Part shown: in pieces, positions 42,464-54,244 of the stretch | Position numbering within the stretch: the stretch's first letter is position 1 | Layout of the letters: each line of letters starts with the position of its first letter | NCBI GenBank assembly: GCA_964016885.1 | Contig: OZ024745.1 | Location: 109,740,001-109,804,000, forward strand | Source of the DNA: Eledone cirrhosa | Taxonomy: Eukaryota | DNA length: 64,000 nt | Direction of reading: 5' to 3' | Translations under genes and position numbers: made by a program | The notes under the pieces: generated by a model | Database searches by the model: none | Told to the model about the DNA's origin: nothing | Seen by the model: only the letters and a program-made list of their open reading frames with translations

Positions 42464-43149
42464 TGAGAGAGAGAGATAGAGTGTGAGAGAGAGAGAGAGA
42501 GAGAGAGAGTGGGAGAGAGAGAAAGTGATAGAGTTAAAGGGGAGAGATTCAGGACATAACTTGGTATGATTCATCGAAACAATTTCTCCTCCTTCACCCA
42601 TCAATCTGAAATCAGTCGTAAAACTTCCTGAGCTCAGGATATTGGCTGGCATCCAAATAATTCATTGGTAGGTATTGAAATATAGTTACGGTAAATGTCA
42701 TTCAGAGTCTGGTGATCGGTGTCTTCCATCTAGTGAGCGTTACATTTCCATAAGTTCTTGCCATCAATTCCCATGTCAAAGAAATGACTCTGGTTGTGTG
42801 GCATCTGGAGGAAGGGGAAGCTAATACAGTGTCATTTCTTCACATCCATTGCTCCTTCTAATGACAACTCTTACAGAGTTCCCTTTTTCTCGTCCACACT
42901 GAAAACAAGTAATGGTTTCTGGTCACAGAAGCACCGACCGTTACCTGTTTTTAGTGACTCAAATGGTTCTGGAGTGGAGCAGTTTGATAGATAGCTTTCT
43001 TTCCAAGGATCTACAACTAAATACTATTAACTGTCCATTCAAAGTAGCAGGTCTGCTTTAATGAATATAAATCTATATAGATCTACTTCATTCTCTTCTT
43101 ACTCCACCTCTCTTTCTACTCTTGCCATTTCTTCATCTGTCCATCATAT

Positions 43150-43723
43150 ATCATATATATATATATATACACACACACACATACATACATAGATATATAT
43201 GTATATATATATACACACACACACACATATCTATCTATATATGTATGTATATACACACACACACATATGTATATACACACATCTATATATATATGTATAT
43301 ATACACACACACACATATCTATCTATATATATGTATATACACAGACACACATATATGTGCACACACACTCACAGACATATATATATATATATGTGCACAC
43401 ACACTCACAGACATATATATATATATGTGCACACACACTCACAGACATATATATACACACACACATATCTATTTATATATGTATGTATATACACACACAC
43501 ACATATGTATATACACATATATATATATATATGTATATATACACACACACACATATCTATCTATATATATGTATATACACAGACACACATATATATGTGC
43601 ACACACACTCACAGACATATATATATATGTGCACACACACTCACAGACATATATATATATATGTGCACACACACTCACAGACATATATATATATATATGT
43701 ACACACACACATATTTACCTATA

Positions 43724-43756
<33 letters not shown>
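43150..43756. repeat. TA/CA-derived minisatellite with a duplicated block
   Basis: Repeats of ATGTGCACACACACTCACAGACATATA. Confidence 0.85.
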
Positions 43757-43760
<4 letters not shown>

Positions 43761-44030
43761 GAAAGGATTACAAAGGAGAATACATACTGTTAGAACATGT
43801 TTATATCATCTTAAAACCCCTTCTGGGTTCTATATTGAACAGTTTCTAGATTTGTATGCCCCTGAGAAGCCCTTTTGGGGCAAAACGTACGTAGGTGCTT
43901 TTGTATAAACATGTTCTAACAGTCTGTATTCTCCTTTGTAATCGTTTCATTTGTAACCACTCTGCTTATATTCTCGCCGACTAAATATTAACGCTTCCGA
44001 TATTTAACCCTGTAGGCACAAGTATTGGTG
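43757..44030 (+). mobile_element. Penelope-like pseudo-LTR relic: 49-bp inverted repeat enclosing a decayed hammerhead
   Basis: Arms 43757-43805 and 43904-43952 (2 mismatches). Inside: GCCC-CTGAGAA-GCCC TTTTG GGGC-AAAAC-GTAC-GTA-GGTGC. Begins at a (TA)n tract. Confidence 0.6.
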
Positions 44031-44118
44031 TGTGCATGTGTTGGAAGTGTGTATGCGTGGCATGTGTATATATATATATATGCCATATGCCTCCATTATA
44101 TGAAATATATTTATGTAT

Positions 44119-44540
44119 GGAGGCACATGGCTTAGTGGTTAGAGCATTGGCCTTGCAATCGAAAGGTTGTGAGTTCAATTCTCAGACCGGGTGATGTGTT
44201 GTTTCCTTGAGCAAGACACTTTATTTCACATTGCTCCAGTTTACTCAGCTTTAGAAATGAGATGATAGGGACTGGGGTCGCTATCGAAAAAGCGCCCAGC
44301 CTACACTGTAAGGTGGACATGTAGGCGCCACGGCAAAAAAGCACCCAGCCCACACTGTAAATGAGGTTGGTGTTAGGAAGGGCATCCAGCTGTAGAAATC
44401 AAGCCAGAATCAGTTCTCGCATGAGCAAGACAAGGTCAGCCAACTGAACACTTCCCACAACAGGACAACTCGTCTAACCCATGCTAGCGTGGAAGAACGG
44501 ACGTAAAACGGTGATGATGATGATGATGATGATGATGATG
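44119..44540 (+). mobile_element. CORE-like SINE with RTE tail
   Basis: Same head and body as 41662; longer tail ending in (GAT)n. Confidence 0.85.
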
Positions 44541-44614
44541 CATGAATGTATGTATACTCCAAAGTTGAAGGATGATTCTTTTTTGTTTTCCCTGATAACT
44601 TGCATAGTTCTGTT

Positions 44615-44651
<37 letters not shown>

Positions 44652-44694
44652 TTTCTGAATTTGTTTGGCAACATGACCCTCCCAAAGTATAACA

Positions 44695-44730
<36 letters not shown>

Positions 44731-44751
44731 GTGTGTGTGTTATGTTAATTA

Positions 44752-45090
44752 TATCATCATCATCATCATTTCATTTTATGTCCGCTTTTTCCCTGCTTGC
44801 AAGGGTGGGACGGTAACTGATTCTGGCTTGATTTCTACAGCTGGATGCCCTTCCTAACACCAACCTCATTTACAGTGAGTGCTGGGTGTTTTTTTTGCTG
44901 TGGCACCTCCACGACCACTTTGCACGACCCCAGTCCCTATCATCTCATTTCTACAGCTGAGTAAACTGGAGCAATATGAAATAAAGTGTCTTGCTGAAGG
45001 AAACAACACATCACCCGGTCTGAGAATTGAACTCACAACCTTTCGATTGCAAGGCCAATGCTCTAACCACTAAGCCATCCATGTGCCTCC
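44752..45090 (-). mobile_element. CORE-like SINE with RTE tail
   Basis: Reverse complement of the same family; inverted relative to 44119-44540. Confidence 0.85.
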
Positions 45091-45585
45091 ATATATATAT
45101 GTATATATGTATGTGTGTGTTATGTTAATTATATATATATATATCATTAGCATCATCATCATTTAACCTCCATTCTTCCAAACTGGCTTGGGTTGGGCAC
45201 ACTCACACACAAACCATATCATATGTTTACATAAACATGTATATACTTATTCATATGCATAAATCATTTATATATGCAAAATATACATGATTTATAAAAT
45301 GAATTTATGAAATTTTATAAATAGACAAACACACACAGATATATAATATGCACACATACACATATATATATATATATATGCATGTAGTAATGTCAATATG
45401 CACACAGACACATATATGTATGCACGTAGTAATGTCTGCATGTGCCATACACATGTATGTATGTATGTATGTATTAATATCTGCGTGTGCAATGTACCTT
45501 TTATAAATTCTCAATTTAAGTTTTAGGATGAAACCTTTTTTTTGTATTTTTGTTTCTTTCTGGAAAGAAATTTAATAAAACAAAT

Positions 45586-45587
<2 letters not shown>

Positions 45588-45616
<29 letters not shown>

Positions 45617-45770
45617 AAGAAGAAGAAGAAGAAGAAGAAGAAGAATGGTGCAAAAGAAGAAGCAGAAGAAGGAGAAGAAGAAGAAGAAGAAGAAGAAGAA
45701 GAAGAAGAAGAAGAAGAAGAAGAAGAAGAAGAAGAAGAAGAAGAAGAAGGAAAAGAAGGAGGAAAAGAAG
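45588..45770. repeat. (GAA)n microsatellite
   Basis: Direct reading. Confidence 0.95.
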
Positions 45771-46015
45771 ACACTAAAATATAGATTAAATTGTTTCCTC
45801 ATATAATAAGTATGTTGAAGCTGGCCTTCATAAACACAACATTCTTTACTTAGCATAGAAATAACTTATTTCATGGTAACAAGCATTTGCCACACTTCAC
45901 TGGTGTTATTTTATTAAAGACTCATCTGAAATTGGACCAAAATTTAGTTCCAATATGACCACACACAAACAATATACACTATCTATCTATCTGTGTAAAT
46001 ATATATGTGTATATA

Positions 46016-46070
<55 letters not shown>

Positions 46071-46134
46071 GTGCCTGTACATATCTATGCTATCATATAT
46101 ATATATATAATATATATATAATGTATATATACAA

Positions 46135-46225
<91 letters not shown>

Positions 46226-46295
46226 TACATATATATATATCCACAGCCAAAGCTTCGATTTTACTAAGCTTCCATTTATATAAGGAATAAATTAG

Positions 46296-46953
46296 AAATT
46301 AGAGATAAGAGGGATCAGATGTTGTTTACTCGAGAGAAGGCTACGTTGGTATGGACACGTGATGCGCATGAAAGTCGATAGCTGTATAACAAAGTGCAGG
46401 GCAATAAAGATAGACGGTAGTCACGGAATAGGCAGACCTAGAAAAACCTGGGACGAGCTGATAAACTCCGACATCACACACTTACACCTCTCCAAGACAA
46501 TGTCACTGGACCGAGACCTTTGGCGGTACTCAGTAACAGAGAAGACCCGCCTTACCTAAATATATAGTAAAACCTACTCCAGCCAGTAGGCATCTCTAAC
46601 AAATACACCCCGTCCCACCACCCCCACCCGATCCACACCACCCCGTTCTATGTAAAGTTATGTTGGTGCCGCGCCATCGAGGCCGAAACAAATGAGATCG
46701 TGTAGGTGTCACGACAAAAAAACACACAGTCCACGCTGTAATGTGGCCGTGTAGGCAACACGGTAAAAACCTCCCAGACCCACACTGTAAATGTGGTTGG
46801 TGTTAGGAAGGGCATCCAACTGTAGAAAACCTGCCAGACAGTCCTATGCGAGCAAGACAATCACTCTTGCCTCAAGTGGGACTACCCCCGTCCAAACCCA
46901 TGCAAGCGTGGAACACGGACGTTAAACGCTGATGATGATGATGATGATGATGA
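46296..46953 (+). mobile_element. 5'-truncated RTE-clade LINE: ORF C-terminus, 3' UTR and (GAT)n tail
   Basis: Open frame 46296-46559: [25 protein letters not shown]...GIGRPRKTWDELINSD...DRDLWR. These are the RTE-type RLRWxGHVxRM / GRPxxTW / DRxxWR motifs. Ends in GGACGTTAAACGCT(GAT)n. Confidence 0.9.
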
Positions 46954-46959
46954 TATATA

Positions 46960-47081
<122 letters not shown>

Positions 47082-49845
47082 GGAAGAGAGAGATTATACA
47101 TATATATATATATATATATATGCATATGTGTGTGTGTGTATGTGCATCTATCATCATCATCATTTAACTCATGCCATGTAGATAAACACAGAATTATTTA
47201 TCAAGAGAAGCACATCTAATGTAATCATCCCAGCAAGTATGAATTCCCAGTAAACTGATTTCCATTTTAGTCCAGTTAAAGAAACTGCTTCCCCAACATT
47301 ACTATTGCCTTCCAGAAATATATGATTACAACATAACCATTGCTTGTGGCAGTGGAGACTTCTGGTGTCTTTGGCCCTAGGGGTCACCTCTCTATTCACT
47401 GTCATCTGCACAGAGTTGGTGACCTGCAGGTGTGAACCTCACAAGCTGGAAAGGCTCTTCCAGCAAGCCTCCCTCATCATCTTTCAGGGAAACACCTCTC
47501 TGTTCTGTCTGCCGGGGCTGTCGGGCAGCCAGTGTGAGGGCCCCCATTTGCTCACAATAGTGAGAGATGGGGAGAGTGGGAGAGATGGAGGCAGTGACAG
47601 TGGGAGTTTGGTTCTTTGTGTTCAGACTTGGTGTATATAGGTGTGTATAATAAGATAGTGGGAATTGTTCATTGGAGAATAAACTAAAGTGAAACCTGAA
47701 AAAAAGAAGAAAACAAAAACATTGCTTACCTATTTATGTAAAGACATATTACTCCCGCCCCCCATTTCAGAAATATTTTTTTTATTTTTCATGAATGCAG
47801 CATAGCTGAGTGGTTAAGAAGTTTGCAGTACAACTATGGTGTTGTCAGACTTGATCTTATTGTCTGATTGATATCTTGGGAAAGTTTCTTTACCACACCT
47901 TTGAGTTGATCAAAGCCTTGTGAGTGAAATTAGTGGTATGTGTGTTGGAATTACAATCATAATGTCATGGATTCGATTCCTGGACTCAGATGTGTGCTTG
48001 AAAAAAAAACAACACTTCATTTTACATTGTTCCAAGGCTGACTGGAGTAGAGTGGCGGGAGCAGCTCAGGATTGTGTATGATGGCAAAGGGTCATCAATG
48101 GCTTATGATCCACAGAGAGTAGTGGGGTTGAATGATGAATAATGAATTCATATAAGTTATCAAATGAAAGAAAATGTTTCATTTAATAACATGGAAGCTA
48201 AATTTGACCCATCTTTCTTGCTGTAGGGTTTGGTTGAAGCAGGAAAAGATGAGTGGCCAAAATTTGAACTCATTGTTATAAGTATGTGTTTAACTATTTA
48301 CAAGCTGAACTATGATGGAAGGAAAGGAGTCAATTACTAGATCAAACCAAGAAAATAATGTTACCACTGCTCTTTACATTGCTAATACTAGCTACCATTC
48401 ACATATCCTGGCAGACAGGTAAGATTTGAACTCATAAGACACAGTATCAGATCAAATCCACGAATACTCTCTGTCCAACTCTTATCATATCTGTCAAACT
48501 TAAGGCTGGTACTTTATCTATAAACCCCAGAAGGATGTAATAGAGAGTTTTCTTCGACAGGATTTGAATTTAGAATACTATCAGCTGAATCAAGAAATTG
48601 GTGAATTGGCAGAGTCGTTAGAATGTCAGATAGAATGCTTTGCAGTATTCTTTTCGACTCTCTGCTCTCAGTTCAAATCCTGCTGAGGTCAACTTTGTCT
48701 TTCATCCATTCAAGGTCGATAAAAAAAAAGTATCAGTCAAGTTTTGGGGTCGATTCTTCCTCTATATCTTCACTTTCATTCTCTCACTGTCTATCCTTCT
48801 CTGGAAGAAATCTACTGTATTCAGAACTGGAGAGGAATGAGATCCACCAGATTTTAAAATGCTCTAAAAACACCATATGTCAATACAATACCCCTACAAC
48901 TCCCATCGGAAGTTACGGGACCATGCATGCCATGCATGCTTGAGCTGGAACAAAAACATGAGGCCCTAATGACTGTGCCAATTTGCTTTCTATAATGAGT
49001 ATCAAGTAGATTGATGGACTTCACTGACTTGCCTCCAATAAAACTACAGAGAAATTTTAAGCTGTTCAGCTGTCGACCATCTGAAATATTGATATGCCAA
49101 AATGATTGGATAATTGAGGAAATGCTTAGGATCCTTGCAGTTCTTTCAATATTTGCTAAGATGAGAATTATCAGGAATAAACACAGTTCCTTCAGTATTT
49201 CAGGATGTGGAAAGAAGAAGAAGAAATAATAAAGAAAGAAGAAGAAAAAGGAAGAAAAATGTGAATAGCATTGGTTCTATGAAGTCCACTGGGGCTGTGA
49301 GGGAGACCAGCATGTGGGACCCCATTTGCTCACCATACAGAGAGATGAGGAGGGCGAGAGAGATGGAGGTGATGACAGTGGGAGTTCGGCTCTTCCACAT
49401 TTGGACCATATCCTTGTGGTTGTGTTCAGTATCTATAGAGTTCATTCTATTATTCAGTTGTAACCATCTATGTGAAAGCTTTCTTTTTTAAATTCAAATC
49501 TTACAGCATAATTTTATATAAGAACCATATTTTACGTTACTGTCTCAGTAATGAATAATTAATAATCTTAATAAATCCTTCAAAATTCCTCATTAATTAA
49601 TTGAAAATGTAGTTCATTAGAAATACAGTCACAAGAGGATTAAACAAAGCCAGAATTTAATGGAAATATTACAGAAACCAGACAATGAAGAATAATCTCA
49701 ATCATCAATTTTACATCTGCTTTTTCCATGATTGCCTGGTTTGGGGTGAGTTTTTTAGGACAGGTTTCTCTACAGCCAGATGATTTTCAGGACACCAATG
49801 CACATTCTATTTAAAGTACGGTATATATATATATATATATATATA

Positions 49846-50066
49846 TAGGAACCAGTAAGACCCCGACGGCTGAGCTCAAGCCATTTCGACGGCTAATTCT
49901 GGACTAATTTTAGTCTAGAATTTAATTTTAGTCCAGAATTAGCCGTCGAAACGGCTTGAGCTCAGCCGTTGGGGTCTTACTAGTTCCTATTACCCACTCT
50001 ACTACCCCAAGTATTGAGTACTTTGGTGCGTTATGGTCCACCTGGTTCCTTACCACATTTCCTTCG

Positions 50067-50068
<2 letters not shown>
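49846..50068 (+). mobile_element. (TA)n-embedded fold-back element, copy 2
   Basis: Inverted arms 49846-49907 / 49928-49989 and the same 3' extension as copy 1. Contains a hammerhead 3' half, GAAAC-GGC-TTGAGCTCA-GCC-GT(T/C). Confidence 0.85.
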
Positions 50069-50111
<43 letters not shown>

Positions 50112-50115
<4 letters not shown>

Positions 50116-50368
50116 CTTGACCGACCAGCCTGTCGGGCGGCAATCGGCACCGCTGGTCACAGCACGTCGTGCTGTTTTAGCCATAAGATAACGCCATCCA
50201 CTGGCTGGGTGGGCAGGCCGGTACTCATTTCTACAGCTGAGTAAACTGGAGCAACGTGAAATAAAGTGTCTTGCTCAAGGAAACAACACATCACCCGGTC
50301 CGAGAATTGAACTCACAACCTTTCGATTGCAAGCCCAATGCTTTAACCACTAAGCCATGCGCCTTCAC
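50112..50368 (-). mobile_element. CORE-like SINE with an alternative 3' tail
   Basis: Same head and body; different GC-rich tail at 50112-50222. Confidence 0.8.
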
Positions 50369-50402
<34 letters not shown>

Positions 50403-50630
50403 ATACACATATATACAGTGGCGGACAAGGTCTAAAAATATTGGTTGCCAGGAGATGAAGGGGCCCCACCTACATATAGAATGCTATCATTTAATTTTTA
50501 TAATGAATAAATAACATTTTCGAAAAATACGTAAGTGAAAACAAAACAGTGCGATCAAATTTTTGCGGAAAAATATCTTAATTTCTCCAATAAAAAATGT
50601 TATGTATTTTGCGAAATGCAGAGACTTTCA

Positions 50631-50818
50631 ATAATTGTTTCTATTTTAGGCACAAGGCCAGCAATTACCCAGTGCATTACTGGTACTTTATTTTATCGAC
50701 CCCGTAAGGATTAAAGGCAAAGTTAACCTCGGCGGGATTTGAACTCAGATCATAAAGGGACGTAACTCTATGCTTCAAAGCATGGTGTCCGACTCTCTAC
50801 CGATACTGCCAATCCACC
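50631..50818 (-). mobile_element. Nin/Deu-like SINE
   Basis: Reverse-complement match. Confidence 0.85.
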
Positions 50819-51314
50819 AATGACCAGAAGTCGACCCTAAATATTACGAATAGCTCTAGGAAAGCCATGAACGACAAAAACATCTTTTTAACTTTGATTT
50901 TGAAAGTAGGTTTATAATTATCAATTTTCATTATACTTTTGTAGCTGTCTTGGTGGCCTTGCTGGAGGAATCATAGACGTTGGTGATCCTGGTCGGGAGT
51001 AGGGTTCCCAGTAAACCTTTTCAGTTTTTTTTTCTATTGGTTGTAAAATAAAAACTTGACCAGGATTGAACCCAAGGCTAGGATCTCCACTGTCTCTAGT
51101 ACCTACCGCTAGGCCACAGAGACAACTATGAAAATCTTATGAAAATTCATACTTATAAACCTACTTTCAAAATTTTCAAAACAAAGTTTTGCGGTGTTGT
51201 TCGTGTCTTTTTTAATATTATTGCTCCTACTTAAGTTTGACTTCTAAATCATTTGGGTGTTCCATAAACTACATCCTCGTTTTGTTTCACAAAATCCATG
51301 TTTCATTTCTGTTG

Positions 51315-51368
<54 letters not shown>

Positions 51369-51389
51369 TCTGTATATCTATATCTATCA

Positions 51390-51426
<37 letters not shown>

Positions 51427-52081
51427 AATATACGTCATCTCTCACAACAAAAACAACCTGCTCTATAGAATCGAATTAAAGAACGACAAGCTGTGATGTT
51501 CTAGCATGGTTCACCAGGCACCCAATGTTGAATCATCGTGGATTGTGAGATGGACATGTAGTCTATAAATTGCGTTTCCCGGATTGTGAGAGTGGTGGTG
51601 TGTACGAGGACAGTGGTGCTGTTTTGCTTCTCATTTGTAATATTTTTGATATTTTTGGTGTTTCTCCACACACGGGCTTCTATATCGTACAGGTGTGTGT
51701 GAATAATGCTTTACCAGTTCAGTCCCCATGATGCTCTTAATTGCCTGCTTTGACTGCTTGTTTTACTTGTAACAATCTGCCGCACTATAATCTTGTATAA
51801 ATAGGACACACGTGCATGCCACACGTGTGACTGTTGCATACACTGGCCAGTCCAAACTTTCCTTTCGCTTTATCTTAGTAGACTGCCAATGTCTTATTTT
51901 AATTTTAATTTTAATTTTAACTTTAATTTTGTCCTTTAATATGACTGTAATCTTTGTATGTAAATTACCATGCTATATTATTATAATGGATGTCAACCCA
52001 CTGTGGGTCAATATATACATATGTTTCTATATGTCTCTTGTGTTGAAAAGGAGGTCTAGTATGTTAAAAATCACTGAATAA

Positions 52082-52130
52082 TTGCTCCGAAGACTCCAAA
52101 CCTCGGTTTGGAAGAAACAATTGTAAGCAA
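52082..52130 (+). ncRNA. Minimal type I hammerhead ribozyme motif with one core substitution
   Basis: TTGCT-CCGAAGA-CTCCAAACC TC GGTTTGGAA-GAAAC-AATT-GTA-AGCAA, then AATAAA. Core reads CCGAAGA instead of CTGAAGA. Confidence 0.7.
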
Positions 52131-52273
52131 ATAAATGATTTAAACAGAATTTTGTTTCATGTAATCTCTATATATATAAATATATATACACCACCTTCAC
52201 CACTAATTGATTTGACAGATGTCTTTAACCCATTGAGACCAAATATTATTTGGTCAGTAGTTCATGTGTAAGC

Positions 52274-52319
<46 letters not shown>

Positions 52320-52908
52320 TTGTGTGTCTGTGTCTATATATGTATGTTTGTATGCATGAATGAATACACTAAGCTTTAGTAGAATGTACAACCACTGATT
52401 CCAGCTATTTGCACTATCATATACTTTGGTTTATAGTAATTCACTGTGGAATTGGTTGACCAAATGCTTTGCTAATGTAAAAAAACAAAATAACAGGCGA
52501 TCCACTAGTTAAGTGAACAACAGACAAAAACGAATATGTTCATATTGTAAGTACGAAAACATTTGAATAGCGGCATGCAAGAATTAAAGGGTTTTTGCCA
52601 GTTTATAACGATGTATTTTAACAACTATATTGATACACATAGCTAGGTAACTTTTAAAACTTGATTTGGTGAAATGATATGTAATGCCCCCCCCCCCCCC
52701 CCAGCCCCGGCAGAATTGTTTTATTTATTTAAACAAATTTTTTTATTCTTTCTCTTAGATTTCAGGTATTTTTGAAAGCAAATCATTGGCCCCTAAAATA
52801 CTACAGTGGACCCTGCAAGACTACTGTGGGCTCTTGCAATGCTACCGTGGGCCCCCTGGCTCCCACTTGCCATTGGGCAACTTGGTAACCTGGCAACCTG
52901 GCCAGTTC

Positions 52909-52957
<49 letters not shown>

Positions 52958-53332
52958 CCAATGTTTGTTAAATCCTATGCTGCAGGATGTATAGTTTATG
53001 AGATACATAAACAGTGTTACCACTAGTATATATAAATGGTGTCAATATGAGATGTTGTGGTGACTGGTAAACAAACATACATACCCATATATAAACATGT
53101 ATTTCTCTCTCTCTTTCTCTCTGTATGTATGTATGTATTTATATATATATCATCATCATCACCATCACTCTTTAACATCTATTTTTCCATGCTTGCATGG
53201 GTTAGATGAGTCACTCACGCCATGAGTCAAGTTTGGCCAATTGGCCGCACCAAACGTTGATCAGATGGAACTGTAATTTGGCTGGGATTTTTACAGCTGG
53301 ATGCCCTTCCTAACATGAACCACGTTTACAGG

Positions 53333-53385
<53 letters not shown>

Positions 53386-54073
53386 TATATATGCATATAT
53401 ATTTATCAGTAATGTTTTGGTGGTGATGGTGGATGACATTTTAATGGTTATATATTTGGTCATTGTGGTTGAAGTGTTATGTTTGCAGAAGATGGTGAAA
53501 TGTTGGTCGATATTTTGTCATGTGTTGATTGGTGTGGTTGAGTAATGATCAGGACTGACAAGGAAAATGAAACTGCTAATTTTGATGTTTCTATTTGTTT
53601 CATGGTATAAGATGACACTGTGTGCAAAATATAACATAAAAGAACATGTAAAATGGTTTCATATAACAGAAAGTGTTATGTTAACTAGTTGCTAGATGTA
53701 GTGTTCAAAGATAAAAGCATTTTGTTGAGATATATGCTAGAAATCTGTGAGTCAATGTGTGAATGCAAAGACGTTGGTTGAGATAAGATATTGCCTTGTG
53801 CACAGCAGATTTACTGGCCCAGCTGTAGCAGTATCTAAATCAGCAGTGACTGCTACAGTCGGGTGTTGGCTGTCAAATATGCCAGAGACCAGCAGAATGA
53901 GAAGAGAAGGGCAAAGCCAGCTTGATTTGGCTGAAATACCTGTAGATTTCATGATAGCTATTTTGGCAGTCTGCATTTTATATATGCCTATTTAGCCATG
54001 ATCATTTCACCACACACACACACACATTTAATATAGAAATGGCGATTCAAAGGAAATTATCAGGAAAGCTCTG

Positions 54074-54125
54074 GGCTTTCCTGATGATTTTCTCCTAATG
54101 AAACAGGTCTAGTCCTGTAGAAGCC
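54074..54125 (+). ncRNA. Type I hammerhead ribozyme motif with eroded stem II
   Basis: GGCTTTC-CTGATGA-ttttctcctaat-GAAA-CAGG tctagt CCTG-TA-GAAGCC. Core, stem I and stem III are intact; GUA triplet. Confidence 0.65.
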
Positions 54126-54205
54126 ATTTCTATATCAAACATTTATACTCAGCTATGTATTGAGTACCTTACTTACTGTGGTTACCCTTATTTGAACCCG
54201 GGATA

Positions 54206-54244
<39 letters not shown>

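Larger units (their letters stand above)
50416..52915. mobile_element. Putative non-autonomous hAT-like element with nested insertions
   Basis: Left end CAGTGGCGGAC...GGTTGCCAGG; right end (reverse complement) TGGCGAACTGGCCAGGTTGCCAGG; GC-rich subterminal GGGCCCC motifs at both ends. TSD obscured by (TA)n. Confidence 0.45.

Noticed and set aside
42870-43010. Possible minus-strand terminal exon (PWKESYLSNCSTPEPFESLKTG...)
   Set aside because: Weak acceptor and no recognisable homology.
45542-45784. Poly-Lys/poly-Glu protein
   Set aside because: (GAA)n microsatellite.
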